Origin: Gemmatimonadales bacterium
GTDB taxonomy: Bacteria > Gemmatimonadota > Gemmatimonadetes > Gemmatimonadales > GWC2-71-9
Direction: 5' to 3'
Assembly (NCBI GenBank): GCA_041577295.1
Contig: JBFGJG010000016.1
Coordinates: 12,437-76,436, forward strand
DNA length: 64,000 nucleotides
Both the position numbers and the translations under genes were made by a program. Numbering within the stretch: position 1 is the first letter of the stretch; each line of letters begins with the position of its first letter. Below the pieces are notes generated by a model. It did not search any database, was not told the origin of the DNA, and worked only from the letters and a program-made list of their open reading frames with translations. Below are positions 35,586-44,938 of this stretch, one piece after another.

Positions 35586-37649
35586 ATGAGTAGAGAGCGA
35601 CGTAGGAACATCGGTCCGATTCCCGTGTTGCCTCTCCTTTTCACGGTCATAATCGTCACCGATGCCGTCGCCCAACAGCCCGCCGAAGCGGTTCGGCTCG
35701 AGGCGACTCCCACGCGGTTGGTCGCTACCGCGGGGGACTCGGTGCGCCTCACCGTCTCCGCATACGACGCCAGCGGCAATCAGATCCAGGTTCCGGTGCG
35801 AATCGCCGCACCGCGACGCGCAGTGAACGTGGTGCCTTGGTACCGGAGCGGTTACGTGCGGGCGCTCACGGCCGGTGAACATGAGATCATTGCCGTCGTC
35901 GTGAATCGAGACCCACGAGCCGAACCGATTTCCCTCACTGTGCCCATCACTGTTAGGTGGCCTCCGGTCACGCAGATCGTCATCGAGCACGATGCGGCTC
36001 GATTGTATCACGGTACGACCCTGCGCCACGAGGCAAGGGCCTTGCACGCCGACGGATCGGAGCGACCCGATCCGGCCATCACATGGCGCAGCATCGATCC
36101 GTCCGTGGCCACGGTAGACCGCTTTGGTCATGTGACCGCGGTCGGTGAGGGCACCGTAACCATCGAAGCCAGCTTCGAGGGCGCGCGTGGCAGCGCCCGG
36201 CATCAAGTCACGCCTCTTCCCGCCGCGACGCTCGACCTCACCGGCGGCGCTGATGAAGTTCGCACTGGTGACGTCCAGCAGTTCACGGTCGTCGCCCGCA
36301 ACGCGGCAGGCCGTCCGATTCCCGATGTGCCGATCGTCTGGACGCACGCGTTTACCCCGGCAGAGGGTATCATCGCACCCGCGGCACCCGGCCAAATAGA
36401 AGGCGGTCGCTTCGTCGCGGATGTGCCCGGTGTGTACACCGTCATGGCGTCAGCCGGGCCGCTGAGCGCCCGCAAAGCGTTCCGTGTTACGAAGCGGGAT
36501 GTCGTACGGCGGGTGAACGTGCTGGGCCAAGGTCAGATCAAGGATCACTACACGAGCGATTTCTGGGTGTTCGAGGGGGTCAACGGTCGGGATTACGCGC
36601 TCACGGGCTCCCGTCAGGCACAGAGTCACGCGTTCGTGTGGGACGTCACCGACCCAACAAACATCTTCAAGACCGACTCCATTCAGGTCGACGCCCGCTC
36701 GGTAAACGACGTCAAGGTCTCGCCCAACGCTCGCTATGGCGTGATCAGCCGAGAGGGAGCCTCGAACCGTCGTAACGGTGTGGTGATTCTCGACCTCGCC
36801 GATCCCGCACACCCAAAGATTGCGGCGACGTTCGACGAGGGTCTCACAGGTGGCGTCCACAACGTGTTTGCGACGAACGACTATCTGTTTGCGCTCTCTG
36901 GCGGCGACAAGTACCTGATCATCGATGTGCGCGACATCTACAACCCGAGGTACGTCAGCGAATACGACCACCCCAACAGCCGAATCCACGACGTATGGGT
37001 GGACGACGGCATCGCCTACTCGGCGGAGTGGCAAACCGGAGTCGTCGTGGTGGACGTCGGAAACGGACGGTGGGGCGGGTCGATCGAACACCCGAAGCTC
37101 GTGACCGTGGTGCCCATTCCCACCGGAAGGACGCACGCGATCTTCCCGTATCGGCAGGAGTCGACGGGCAAGTTCTATCTCTTCGTTGGCGACGAGATCA
37201 TTGGACGGCGCGGGCTCGCCTGGGAGGGCACCGGGCCCGACATCCGGATGCCGTACGACCCCGCGACCGGACGGGGAGGATATCCTCGTGCGACCGCGGG
37301 CTACATCCAGATCGTCGACTTCACCGATCCTGAAGACGCCAAGATGGTGGCCCGCTACGAAGTGAGTGAGTACGGGACGCACAACATGTGGGTGGAGGAG
37401 GACATCCTCTACCAGGCGTATTACGAGGGCGGTGTGCGCATGGTGGATGTGTCGGGGGAGCTCATGGGAAATCTCTACACACAGAACCGAGAGATTGCCG
37501 TGTTCAAGGCTCATGATCCCATCGGTTGGATCCCCAACGCGCCCGCTGCCTGGTCGGTGATGCCGTTCAAGGGAAACATCTTCTTCTCGGACAACACCAG
37601 CGGCCTCTGGTCGATCCGGCTGATGCCAAGTGAGGAGCTGACACCGTGA
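35586..37649 (+). CDS. secreted Big_2 Ig-like + LVIVD-repeat beta-propeller protein
   Basis: ATG 35586 is preceded by AAGGAGAAGG. Big_2-like segment WRSIDPSVATVDRFGHVTAVGEGTVTIEA. LVIVD-type repeats VVILDLADPAHPK, YLIIDVRDIYNPRYV, VVVVDVGNG and VRMVDVSGE. Confidence 0.8.
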   Translation: MSRERRRNIGPIPVLPLLFTVIIVTDAVAQQPAEAVRLEATPTRLVATAGDSVRLTVSAYDASGNQIQVPVRIAAPRRAVNVVPWYRSGYVRALTAGEHEIIAVVVNRDPRAEPISLTVPITVRWPPVTQIVIEHDAARLYHGTTLRHEARALHADGSERPDPAITWRSIDPSVATVDRFGHVTAVGEGTVTIEASFEGARGSARHQVTPLPAATLDLTGGADEVRTGDVQQFTVVARNAAGRPIPDVPIVWTHAFTPAEGIIAPAAPGQIEGGRFVADVPGVYTVMASAGPLSARKAFRVTKRDVVRRVNVLGQGQIKDHYTSDFWVFEGVNGRDYALTGSRQAQSHAFVWDVTDPTNIFKTDSIQVDARSVNDVKVSPNARYGVISREGASNRRNGVVILDLADPAHPKIAATFDEGLTGGVHNVFATNDYLFALSGGDKYLIIDVRDIYNPRYVSEYDHPNSRIHDVWVDDGIAYSAEWQTGVVVVDVGNGRWGGSIEHPKLVTVVPIPTGRTHAIFPYRQESTGKFYLFVGDEIIGRRGLAWEGTGPDIRMPYDPATGRGGYPRATAGYIQIVDFTDPEDAKMVARYEVSEYGTHNMWVEEDILYQAYYEGGVRMVDVSGELMGNLYTQNREIAVFKAHDPIGWIPNAPAAWSVMPFKGNIFFSDNTSGLWSIRLMPSEELTP

Positions 37650-37727
37650 AATGCTGGAACGCCGAAAAGACGGAAGGATAGAACGTCGGGAGGATAAACT
37701 TTCCGGCCCTGCGACCTCCCATCCCCT

Positions 37728-38588
37728 CTATTGTCCCAGCACTCCGAGCGGACTCACCGGACAAAGCATCGGTGACTCATCAATGATGTGGCGTAGCGGA
37801 CGCACGTGTCCGCTGCCGACGATCGCGAGGACTCGCCGATCGCCCGGGTGCACGGCCCGCCATATGAGGTGGGCCATCCGAAAGTTGCGGTCATACCAAC
37901 TGGCCAGCATCATGGGGCCCCCGAAATTATCGCGGGTGCCACGGCTCAGGTTGGGAAACATGAGATCGTGGTTGCCTCGCAACTTGCTATCACCATTCAA
38001 CCACATGAGATACTCGATGATCGTGGACCGCCGTAGTCGGTCGGTCTCCTCCCGTTCGATCGCCTTCGGATCGCGCGTCTGATAGGAGATTTTGTTCTCG
38101 GGTTCGAACCCCCGCTCCCACAACGCCGCAGCCGAATCATTACCGAGCCTCATCGGGTAGTCGATGCCGTACACCGTCCCGTGGTTCAGCAGCAAAGCGA
38201 GCCGCATGCCCACCTGCTGTGTCTCGTCTCGCGCGGTCATCGGCGCTCCTGTCTCGAGCCTTCGCAACGCCGAATCGAGTTTTGCCTGACCGCGGTACGA
38301 ATGCTCGACCGCGATGCGATCCGGGCGCCATGAGGCCAGGCGCCGGGCCAGCTCCTCGAGCTCGCGCTGGCGTTTTGGCGCGCGTACGTCGTCCGCCTCG
38401 ACGTTTACCTCGTCGAGACCGGGGTTGGCCATGTGGAACGTGCCGAGCAACATGACCTGGACCTGGTCCGGGCGACACGTGGGCCACCCAGAAAGTGGGG
38501 CGTGTGAAGCATCGGCCGTCCCCTGCGCTGCGACCGGAATTGCTCCACTCATTAAGAGAAGGGCAAGCATGAGGCGAGACATCAGCAT
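37728..38588 (-). CDS. secreted protein, DUF5694/TraB-GumN-like (tentative)
   Basis: Signal peptide MLMSRLMLALLLMSGAIPVAAQG. The segment VMLLGTFHMANPGLD...RIAVEH resembles DUF5694-type proteins, judged from memory. Confidence 0.6.
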   Translation of the reverse strand: MLMSRLMLALLLMSGAIPVAAQGTADASHAPLSGWPTCRPDQVQVMLLGTFHMANPGLDEVNVEADDVRAPKRQRELEELARRLASWRPDRIAVEHSYRGQAKLDSALRRLETGAPMTARDETQQVGMRLALLLNHGTVYGIDYPMRLGNDSAAALWERGFEPENKISYQTRDPKAIEREETDRLRRSTIIEYLMWLNGDSKLRGNHDLMFPNLSRGTRDNFGGPMMLASWYDRNFRMAHLIWRAVHPGDRRVLAIVGSGHVRPLRHIIDESPMLCPVSPLGVLGQ

Positions 38589-38722
38589 GAGTGAATCCTC
38601 CAGCCGTTAGGACACGCCTTTACAGGGCGACACAAAGTGCGCCGGCAGGCAACGCGATCGCTCTGCTCCCACATGTTTAGAAGAGTGAACAGAAGGTATG
38701 GTTTACTCGCCGCCGCCCCGAC

Positions 38723-39814
38723 TCACCGCGCGTCCTCCATCTTCCAGAACGCGATCCCACCGGCTTGCTGACCAACGTCCACTGAGGCGACGAGCTTGCG
38801 AGACGCGACCTCGTAGATATCGACCTTGCCCGGCTGAGCGCCCACATTCTCCGCGCTGACAAATGCGTAGCGGTTGTCAGGAGAGACTACGACGCCGTGA
38901 GTGATCGTGCCGCTGGTTGGGACGATCCCGAGGCTCTTCCATGACCGGAGATCGAAGAACTGCACAGCGTTCCCCTGCTTCAGCGTGGCAATCAGGGTCT
39001 TACCATTTGGACTCACTGCCAGGTTGTACGGCCCCCTGCCGGTCTCGATGGTCCGTACTACCGTGAGATCCTCGGACGCCACCTCGAGAATCCGATCGCC
39101 GCGATTGCACGCGACATAGATACGGTCGCCCGCCGGAACCGGTGCCGCCCACGTCGGTGCGCATGCCGGTGACGATTGCGAGTTGGGCAGGGATGCTGCA
39201 CTGACGGCCGTGGCTACGTCGAGGCGTCGCGTCACCTGGAACGTTCTCGTGTCGAGCTCGACCACGAGATCATCGACTACACATCCGGAGTACGCCTGCA
39301 ACCCGTTGGAATGGATGCGCATTCCGTGCGGCTGTGTGCAGGTCACCGTTTGGGTCACTTCGACGAGATCGGGTGTGTACACTACAGACACCGTGGACGG
39401 CTCACGCTCGCCGTGGAGGTTGAAGTTTGCCACGAAGGCATAGAGACCGTCTGGTGTCACATCGAGTGTGGATGGAAATCTCCCAAGGTAGATGGGGGTT
39501 CCCACGACGGTGTCGGGACCGGCCTCGATCTTCCAGAGCTTTCCGTCTGGAATCCCGTGTCCGGTGGTCAAGAAGAGATACTTTCCATCGGGCGATACTC
39601 TGAGCCCGTGGGGACCTTCGGTCTCGGCAAACAGCTCACCCACGACGGTCGTGTGCTCGAGCACAGCCCCATCCGGTCCAAACCGGATGCGGTGCAACAG
39701 ATCCGCCGATTCCGCAGCGACGTACACCCAATAGTTCGAGGCCGGCCGTTGTGCCTCGCCGGACCGCGCGCTACTGAGCAGGATCAGAACGAAGACGCCA
39801 AGTCTTGCAAGCAT
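38723..39814 (-). CDS. YncE/YVTN-type seven-bladed beta-propeller protein
   Basis: Signal peptide plus repeated blade motifs: YVAAESADLL, YLFLTTGHG, YAFVANFN, IYVACNRGDRILEV, LIATLKQGNAVQFFDL, YAFVSAEN. Confidence 0.75.
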   Translation of the reverse strand: MLARLGVFVLILLSSARSGEAQRPASNYWVYVAAESADLLHRIRFGPDGAVLEHTTVVGELFAETEGPHGLRVSPDGKYLFLTTGHGIPDGKLWKIEAGPDTVVGTPIYLGRFPSTLDVTPDGLYAFVANFNLHGEREPSTVSVVYTPDLVEVTQTVTCTQPHGMRIHSNGLQAYSGCVVDDLVVELDTRTFQVTRRLDVATAVSAASLPNSQSSPACAPTWAAPVPAGDRIYVACNRGDRILEVASEDLTVVRTIETGRGPYNLAVSPNGKTLIATLKQGNAVQFFDLRSWKSLGIVPTSGTITHGVVVSPDNRYAFVSAENVGAQPGKVDIYEVASRKLVASVDVGQQAGGIAFWKMEDAR

Positions 39815-39819
39815 GCTCT

Positions 39820-40749
39820 TTAGGTCTCTTCCGGACTGCCAACCATGTAACAGTAGTCACCCGGCTGGACAACGTTCCTGGTGAGGTGCGAGAGAATCAT
39901 GATGCCGCGGGGGACAGGGTTGTCGATCTCCTGCAGGATCTCGAACGTGTGAGCACTCCGCACGCGACCGAGCAACACACCTTCGTCGATAGACGCTCCC
40001 AACGGCGGGGCCACACTCTCGAGAACCCCCCCGTATCTCGGGCGGATCGTCGTGATCTCATTGACGATCACCTGGTCTGGCAACGGGGCTCGCGGACCAT
40101 CGAGCATCTCCAGCACCCGCATCAGATTGACGATCCCCTCTACCCCTCGAGTCACGTACGGTCGCTGATCGACTGAGCCACCCCCCAGCTCCACTGTTAC
40201 GGAGGGAACACCGCGTTGTTCCGTGACCGAAACCGAGGTCCCCTCGAACGTCGTGCCGGTCTTTCCAGCGTTGGCGCGATACAGCACTCGCGATCCGAAC
40301 TCGCGTGAAAGATGCTCTGCGTTTCGGATGTACACATAGTCCACGGTTGGCCGGTCTCCTCCCGAATGAAGATCGATGAATACATCGATCTTCGTTAGGA
40401 ACCCTCGCGTGATCACTGCAGCCAACTGCTCCGTGAACCACCCACCCTCGTTGCCGGGAAACACGCGATTCAAATTCTGATCGTCGAGCGGTGTGTGACG
40501 CCGATTCGCCTCGAACGCCAGTGGATTGGCAACGGGTAACAACAGCAGTCGGCCTCGAAATCGACCGTTGGCAAACCGTCGTGCGGTTTCGAGCGTGATC
40601 TCCGTACCGGTCGGCTCGTTGCCGTGAATCGCCGCACAGATCCCAAGGGTCGGCCCATCGCCCTCACGCCCAACCACCTCGTGGAGATAGATCGCCAGCT
40701 CGGCGCCATTCGCTAGCGTGGCCACGGGCACACGCGTCACCGGATTCAC
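39820..40749 (-). CDS. succinylglutamate desuccinylase/aspartoacylase (AstE/AspA, M14-like) family protein
   Basis: Zinc-site context GICAAIHGNEPTGTE, and later IDLHSGG. The start is GTG 40749, or GTG 40740, which has better spacing from AAGGAG. Confidence 0.8.
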   Translation of the reverse strand: MNPVTRVPVATLANGAELAIYLHEVVGREGDGPTLGICAAIHGNEPTGTEITLETARRFANGRFRGRLLLLPVANPLAFEANRRHTPLDDQNLNRVFPGNEGGWFTEQLAAVITRGFLTKIDVFIDLHSGGDRPTVDYVYIRNAEHLSREFGSRVLYRANAGKTGTTFEGTSVSVTEQRGVPSVTVELGGGSVDQRPYVTRGVEGIVNLMRVLEMLDGPRAPLPDQVIVNEITTIRPRYGGVLESVAPPLGASIDEGVLLGRVRSAHTFEILQEIDNPVPRGIMILSHLTRNVVQPGDYCYMVGSPEET

Positions 40750-40812
40750 TCCTTACTCCTCGTTGTCGTTTTGGCGGAATGAAGGGGATGATTCCCCCTT
40801 CCTATCCCCTGG

Positions 40813-40843
40813 CACTGCTCACTGCTTACTGTTTACTGCTCAC
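40813..40843. repeat. four tandem heptads (YACTGYT; reverse complement ARCAGTR) straddling the permease stop codon
   Basis: CACTGCT CACTGCT TACTGTT TACTGCT CAC. On the minus strand this encodes ...AVSSKQ-TAA and continues after the stop codon. Confidence 0.7.
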
Positions 40844-41647
40844 CGCCCCTCTCGGATCCAGCCAATCCCGCAGTCCATCTCCAAACAGGTTGAACCCCAG
40901 CACGGTGACCATGATAAACAAGCCCGGGATGGTGGAGAGCCAGGCGTGCGCTCGCAAAAAGCGCATCCCGTAGGCGAGTGTCCAGCCCCACGTCGGCGTG
41001 GGCGGCTGCACACCGAATCCCAGAAAGCTCAGACCGGACTCTGCGACAACCGCTGTGCCAACGCCAAGGGTCGCCAACACCAGCACCGGTCCGATGGTGC
41101 TGGGTAGCACTTGCCGTACGAGAATGCGGCCGTGCGATGCGCCGACCGCCCGGGAGGCAACAACGTACTCGCGTTCTGATTCGACCAGGGCAATGGAACG
41201 CACGACGCGCGCAAACTGAGTCCACAGCACGGCGGCAACGGCCACCCCGACGTTGAGCGCCCCAGGCCCGAGGGCAGCCACGAGCGCAAGCGCCAAGACA
41301 ATCGGTGGGAATCCGAGGAACAGGTCGACGATGCGCATGAGCGTGTTGTCGAGCCAGCCCCGGTAGTAGCCAGCGAGTAGACCAACGACTGTCCCCACGA
41401 GCGCGGCGGCTGCGACCGATAGGAATCCGATGGCGACCGATATCCTGGCACCGAACGCCATCCGTGCCCAGAGATCGCGGCCAAAGTTATCCGTCCCGAG
41501 CCAGTGGGCGGCGGTTGGTCCCGACAATCGATTGGCCATGTCCATCTGCTCGGGATCGTATACGGCAATCCAGGGAGCCAATACGGCCAATAACACCATG
41601 GCAGCAACGAGCAATCCACCAATCACGAGGGATGGATGGCGCGTCAT
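40826..41647 (-). CDS. ABC transporter permease (DppC/OppC-like)
   Basis: ATG 41647 gives MTRHPSLVIGGLLVAAMVLL...WLGTDNFGRDLWARM, and the EAA-loop region YVVASRAVGASHGRILVRQVLP is present. There is an ATGA overlap with the upstream permease stop. The rest of track ORF 40826..42916 is out-of-frame overlap. Confidence 0.9.
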   Translation of the reverse strand: MTRHPSLVIGGLLVAAMVLLAVLAPWIAVYDPEQMDMANRLSGPTAAHWLGTDNFGRDLWARMAFGARISVAIGFLSVAAAALVGTVVGLLAGYYRGWLDNTLMRIVDLFLGFPPIVLALALVAALGPGALNVGVAVAAVLWTQFARVVRSIALVESEREYVVASRAVGASHGRILVRQVLPSTIGPVLVLATLGVGTAVVAESGLSFLGFGVQPPTPTWGWTLAYGMRFLRAHAWLSTIPGLFIMVTVLGFNLFGDGLRDWLDPRGAVSSKQ

Positions 41648-42627
41648 ACCTCGAGCCTCATCCGCGGGTCGAGCGCGGCGGTCACGAGATCGACGGCGAG
41701 ATTGACCAACGCGAACATCAGTGCAAACACCAACACGATGCCTTGGACCAACGGAAAGTCCCGTTGTGAGATGGCGGTGACCACCAGCTGCCCCAGCCCC
41801 GGCCACCCAAAGATGCTCTCCGTGAGCACCGCGCCACCGAGCAATGCACCAAACCGGAGCCCGATTACGTTGACCACCGGTAGGAGCGCGTTGCGTAATG
41901 CATGCGTCACGATCACCCGGCGGTTCGCTACCCCTTTCCCCCTCGCCGCACGCACGTACTCCACCTGAAGCACGTCGAGCATCGACGTGCGCACGAGCCG
42001 GCTCATGACCGCCGCGCTGTTGAGGGCGAGCGCGAAAGCGGGTAGTGCCAAATGGCGCAACGATTCGCCCAGTACTCCTGGTCGCCCCCCAAGGGCGGCA
42101 AACAGCGCGTGGTGGAGCGATTCGCCGCGACCGACCGCCGGAAGCCAGTTGAGTTCCACTGCAAACCAGAACATCAGGAGTATGCCGAGCCAAAACACGG
42201 GCATCGAGACCCCGAGCTGGGCGAACACCATGCTCCCGACGTCGATCGGAGAGCCACGACGCAGCGCGGCCAGCACGCCCAACGGGAGGCCCACCAACAC
42301 CGCGATCAGCAAAGCCGCCACGGCCACCTCGACCGTGGCGGGAAGCCGACTGGCGATGGCAGCCATGACAGACTCGCCGCGAAAGATCGAGTCTCCCAGA
42401 TCGCCACGTGCCACGTTCGCGATGTAACGACCAAGCTGGACAGGCCACGGCTTGTCGAGGTCCAACGACTTGCGCAATTGAGCAACGGCCTCTGGCGTCG
42501 CATCCTGACCCAGAAAAACCACCGCCGGGTCCCCAGGAACGAGGCGCATCAACGCAAACACCACCACCACGACCCCAAGCAGGAGGGGAACTAGCAGAAG
42601 GAGACGCTTGAGGGTGTAACGGAGCAT
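41644..42627 (-). CDS. ABC transporter permease (DppB/OppB-like)
   Basis: ATG 42627 gives MLRYTLKRLLLLVPLLLGVVVVVFALMRLVPGDP, the typical family N-terminus. YVRAARGKGVANRRVIVTHALRNALLPV is also present. Confidence 0.9.
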   Translation of the reverse strand: MLRYTLKRLLLLVPLLLGVVVVVFALMRLVPGDPAVVFLGQDATPEAVAQLRKSLDLDKPWPVQLGRYIANVARGDLGDSIFRGESVMAAIASRLPATVEVAVAALLIAVLVGLPLGVLAALRRGSPIDVGSMVFAQLGVSMPVFWLGILLMFWFAVELNWLPAVGRGESLHHALFAALGGRPGVLGESLRHLALPAFALALNSAAVMSRLVRTSMLDVLQVEYVRAARGKGVANRRVIVTHALRNALLPVVNVIGLRFGALLGGAVLTESIFGWPGLGQLVVTAISQRDFPLVQGIVLVFALMFALVNLAVDLVTAALDPRMRLEV

Positions 42628-42665
42628 TGCGGGGCCGAGGGGTGCCTGGTGCGAGCCGGCTGACC

Positions 42666-44198
42666 TTACCGTGCGAGCGTCGATTGCGCCAGGCTGCGGA
42701 GCATGCCGCGTGGATCCGGGGTGAACCCGCGAACATGCGGGCTCCAGAACGCCTGGTACCCCTGGTACGATAGGATGTAGTAGGGAACATCTTCCGCAAT
42801 GATGTGGGCGACTGATCGATAGATGGCGGTGCGATCGCTCTTGCGCTCCGCGCTCCGACCTTCTTCGAGCAGCCGGTCGACGCGTGGATTGGTGTAGCGG
42901 CCCCAATTGAGCCCACCGCTCGAGTGCAGCTGCTCGAACGTCACCCGGTCCGGATCAATGATCTGTGTCCAGCCCAGGAGAATGATCTCGAAATCTCCCG
43001 CGTCCCGTCGTGCCGAAAATGACGCCCAGTCGGAAACCTCGAGCGTCGTGCGTATCCCGGCGTTCCGGAGCGTGTTCTGCATGAACTCTACGGTCTGCAC
43101 GCGATTGAGGTCCTCACTGTGCGTTCCGAGCCGAATCACCAAATCCCGGCCATTCTTTTCCCGCACGCCATCACCGTCCGCGTCATTCCAACCCATCGAG
43201 GAGAGCAACGCCGCAGCCCCGGTCGGGTCGTATTGCGGCTGCCCGATCGCGGGAGAGTGTGCCCACGAGCTCGTGGGGAACAACGAGGACGCCGGCTCGT
43301 CCATGCGCTCGTAGATCTGCTCGATGATGGTGGCTTGATCCACCAGCATCGCCAGCGCCCGACGCATCCGTACATCCGCAAGCAGCGGCGTGGCCGTATT
43401 GAAATTGAGATAGGTGACCGCAATTCCAGGCATCACCTCGTGCTGGAAACGGCCTCGTCCGATCAACCGCTGCACATCCTGAGGGGCAAGCGGCGACTGG
43501 ATGATGTCCAGGTCCCCCGCTTCGAACGCCTGCGCTCGCGCAGTGTTGTCCGGTACGACGATCACGTCCACGCGCGACACCGTTGGTGCTCCGTCCCAAT
43601 AGTCCGCATTAGCGTCGAGCACGATTCGGTGACCCTTGCTCCAGCGGGCCAGCCGATACGGCCCACTTCCCACCGGCTGGTTTCCCAAGTCATGGTCCTC
43701 GTCCGTCAGGTGGTGCGGCACGATCCCCATGTCCAGGTACGCAAGAAAAGGGGCGTACGGCTCGTGCAGGGTGAACTGGACAGTATGCCGGTCGAGTGCG
43801 GCAACATCTGCGATCGGTGTGTACAGCCGGCGTTGTGGAGCGTTGAGGCTGGGATCCAGTAGGGTCTGGAACGTGGAGACGACGTCCGCGGCAGTGACCG
43901 GGGTGCCGTCGTGGAACCGTGCCGTCTCGCGAAGGTAAAACACCCACGTCGTCGGAGTGGGATGTTCCCATCTACGAGCCAGATTTGGAGTTGGCTCGAA
44001 GGTCGAATCGACAAGGACCAAGCCGTCGTATAGCAGATTGATCACGCGGTACCCCGTGGTATTGCGTGTCAGACGCGGATCGAGGCTTTCGGCATCGACG
44101 TCCGTGCCAACGCGTACCACGTCGACTGACCTACCGCGCTCGCCACAGCCGATGGCGAGCAGGCCGAAGATGAGAGTCGCACATCGAAGCGCGGTCAT
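42666..44198 (-). CDS. ABC transporter substrate-binding protein, family 5 (peptide/nickel type), lipoprotein
   Basis: 510 aa. Leader MTALRCATLIFGLLAIGC. Family-5-like segments LVLVDSTFEPTPNLARRWE and FHDGTPVTAADVV. Confidence 0.88.
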   Translation of the reverse strand: MTALRCATLIFGLLAIGCGERGRSVDVVRVGTDVDAESLDPRLTRNTTGYRVINLLYDGLVLVDSTFEPTPNLARRWEHPTPTTWVFYLRETARFHDGTPVTAADVVSTFQTLLDPSLNAPQRRLYTPIADVAALDRHTVQFTLHEPYAPFLAYLDMGIVPHHLTDEDHDLGNQPVGSGPYRLARWSKGHRIVLDANADYWDGAPTVSRVDVIVVPDNTARAQAFEAGDLDIIQSPLAPQDVQRLIGRGRFQHEVMPGIAVTYLNFNTATPLLADVRMRRALAMLVDQATIIEQIYERMDEPASSLFPTSSWAHSPAIGQPQYDPTGAAALLSSMGWNDADGDGVREKNGRDLVIRLGTHSEDLNRVQTVEFMQNTLRNAGIRTTLEVSDWASFSARRDAGDFEIILLGWTQIIDPDRVTFEQLHSSGGLNWGRYTNPRVDRLLEEGRSAERKSDRTAIYRSVAHIIAEDVPYYILSYQGYQAFWSPHVRGFTPDPRGMLRSLAQSTLAR

Positions 44199-44345
44199 GC
44201 AGCTTGTGGGCCTGGCTTCAGGAAAGTCGAAAGATGATGGGACACTCGGAGCGCGGCCAGCCAGCAGCCAGATGTGTGCAGGGAGAGTACCTTTACCGTC
44301 GCCGTTTCCACGTCGTCGTAAACCTTCAACGCGAGGCTCGCTGTC

Positions 44346-44879
44346 ATGCGTGCTACCCTATTCATCGCTGTCGTTATGCTGATTGTCGCACCGCTCAGCA
44401 ACGCGGCCGCGCAGTCTTCAGATGCCATCCGCGAGGGGCAGATGCGGATGTTAGAGCTCCAACGAACGTTGTTGCTCTCCATGGCCGATTCGATGCCCGA
44501 ACGGCTCTATCGGGACGCAGCGACGCCGGGTCAACGAGATTTTGCCCGGCAAGTGCATCACGCAGCAGGGGGCGCGGTTGGCATCGCCTCCCGGTTCGCT
44601 GGTGGGAGCGCACGGCCTGAGCTGCCCGATACCGCCACCGCACTGAACAGCCGCGCGGGCCTCAAGAGCTTCGTCAATGCCGCGTTTGACCATTGCGTGA
44701 CGCTGCTCGAGAGCGAGACCGACGCACAGCGGGCAGAAAAGGTGCAGTTTTTTGGAAAGGAGATCCCACGCTGGCAGGTGTGGGACGAGATTCACCAGCA
44801 CACCATTTGGACTGCCGGCCAGGTGGTCGCGAACTTCCGCAAGCACGGGATGGCGCCGCCTCCGTTCGCCTTCTTCTGA
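44346..44879 (+). CDS. secreted DinB-family protein
   Basis: Signal peptide MRATLFIAVVMLIVAPLSNAAAQ. DinB-type His pattern (VHHAAG..., IHQHTIWTAGQVVANFR). Confidence 0.75.
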   Translation: MRATLFIAVVMLIVAPLSNAAAQSSDAIREGQMRMLELQRTLLLSMADSMPERLYRDAATPGQRDFARQVHHAAGGAVGIASRFAGGSARPELPDTATALNSRAGLKSFVNAAFDHCVTLLESETDAQRAEKVQFFGKEIPRWQVWDEIHQHTIWTAGQVVANFRKHGMAPPPFAFF

Positions 44880-44893
44880 GTCAGCACCAATTC

Positions 44894-44924
44894 GGCCACG
44901 CCGCCCCTGCTCCGCGGCGTGGCC
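44894..44924. terminator. GC-rich hairpin between convergent genes
   Basis: Perfect 11-bp stem: GGCCACGCCGC (44894..44904) pairs with GCGGCGTGGCC (44914..44924), with a 9-nt loop, followed by TTCATT. Confidence 0.7.
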
Positions 44925-44938
44925 TTCATTCCCTTGGG

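Noticed and set aside
40809-40826. Sigma-54-type promoter TGGCAC-N5-TTGC at 40809 (TGGCACTGCTCACTGC), and at 63846 (TGGCACCCAGGCTGG).
   Set aside because: The -12 elements do not match (no TTGC at the right spacing). No gene lies downstream in the required orientation at 40809. The match there is a by-product of the heptad repeat.
41648-42916. N-terminal ~420 aa of the 696-aa track ORF 40826..42916.
   Set aside because: This part overlaps the DppB-like permease gene in another frame. The real DppC-like gene starts at ATG 41647 (MTRHPSLVIGG...), with an ATGA overlap to the upstream stop.
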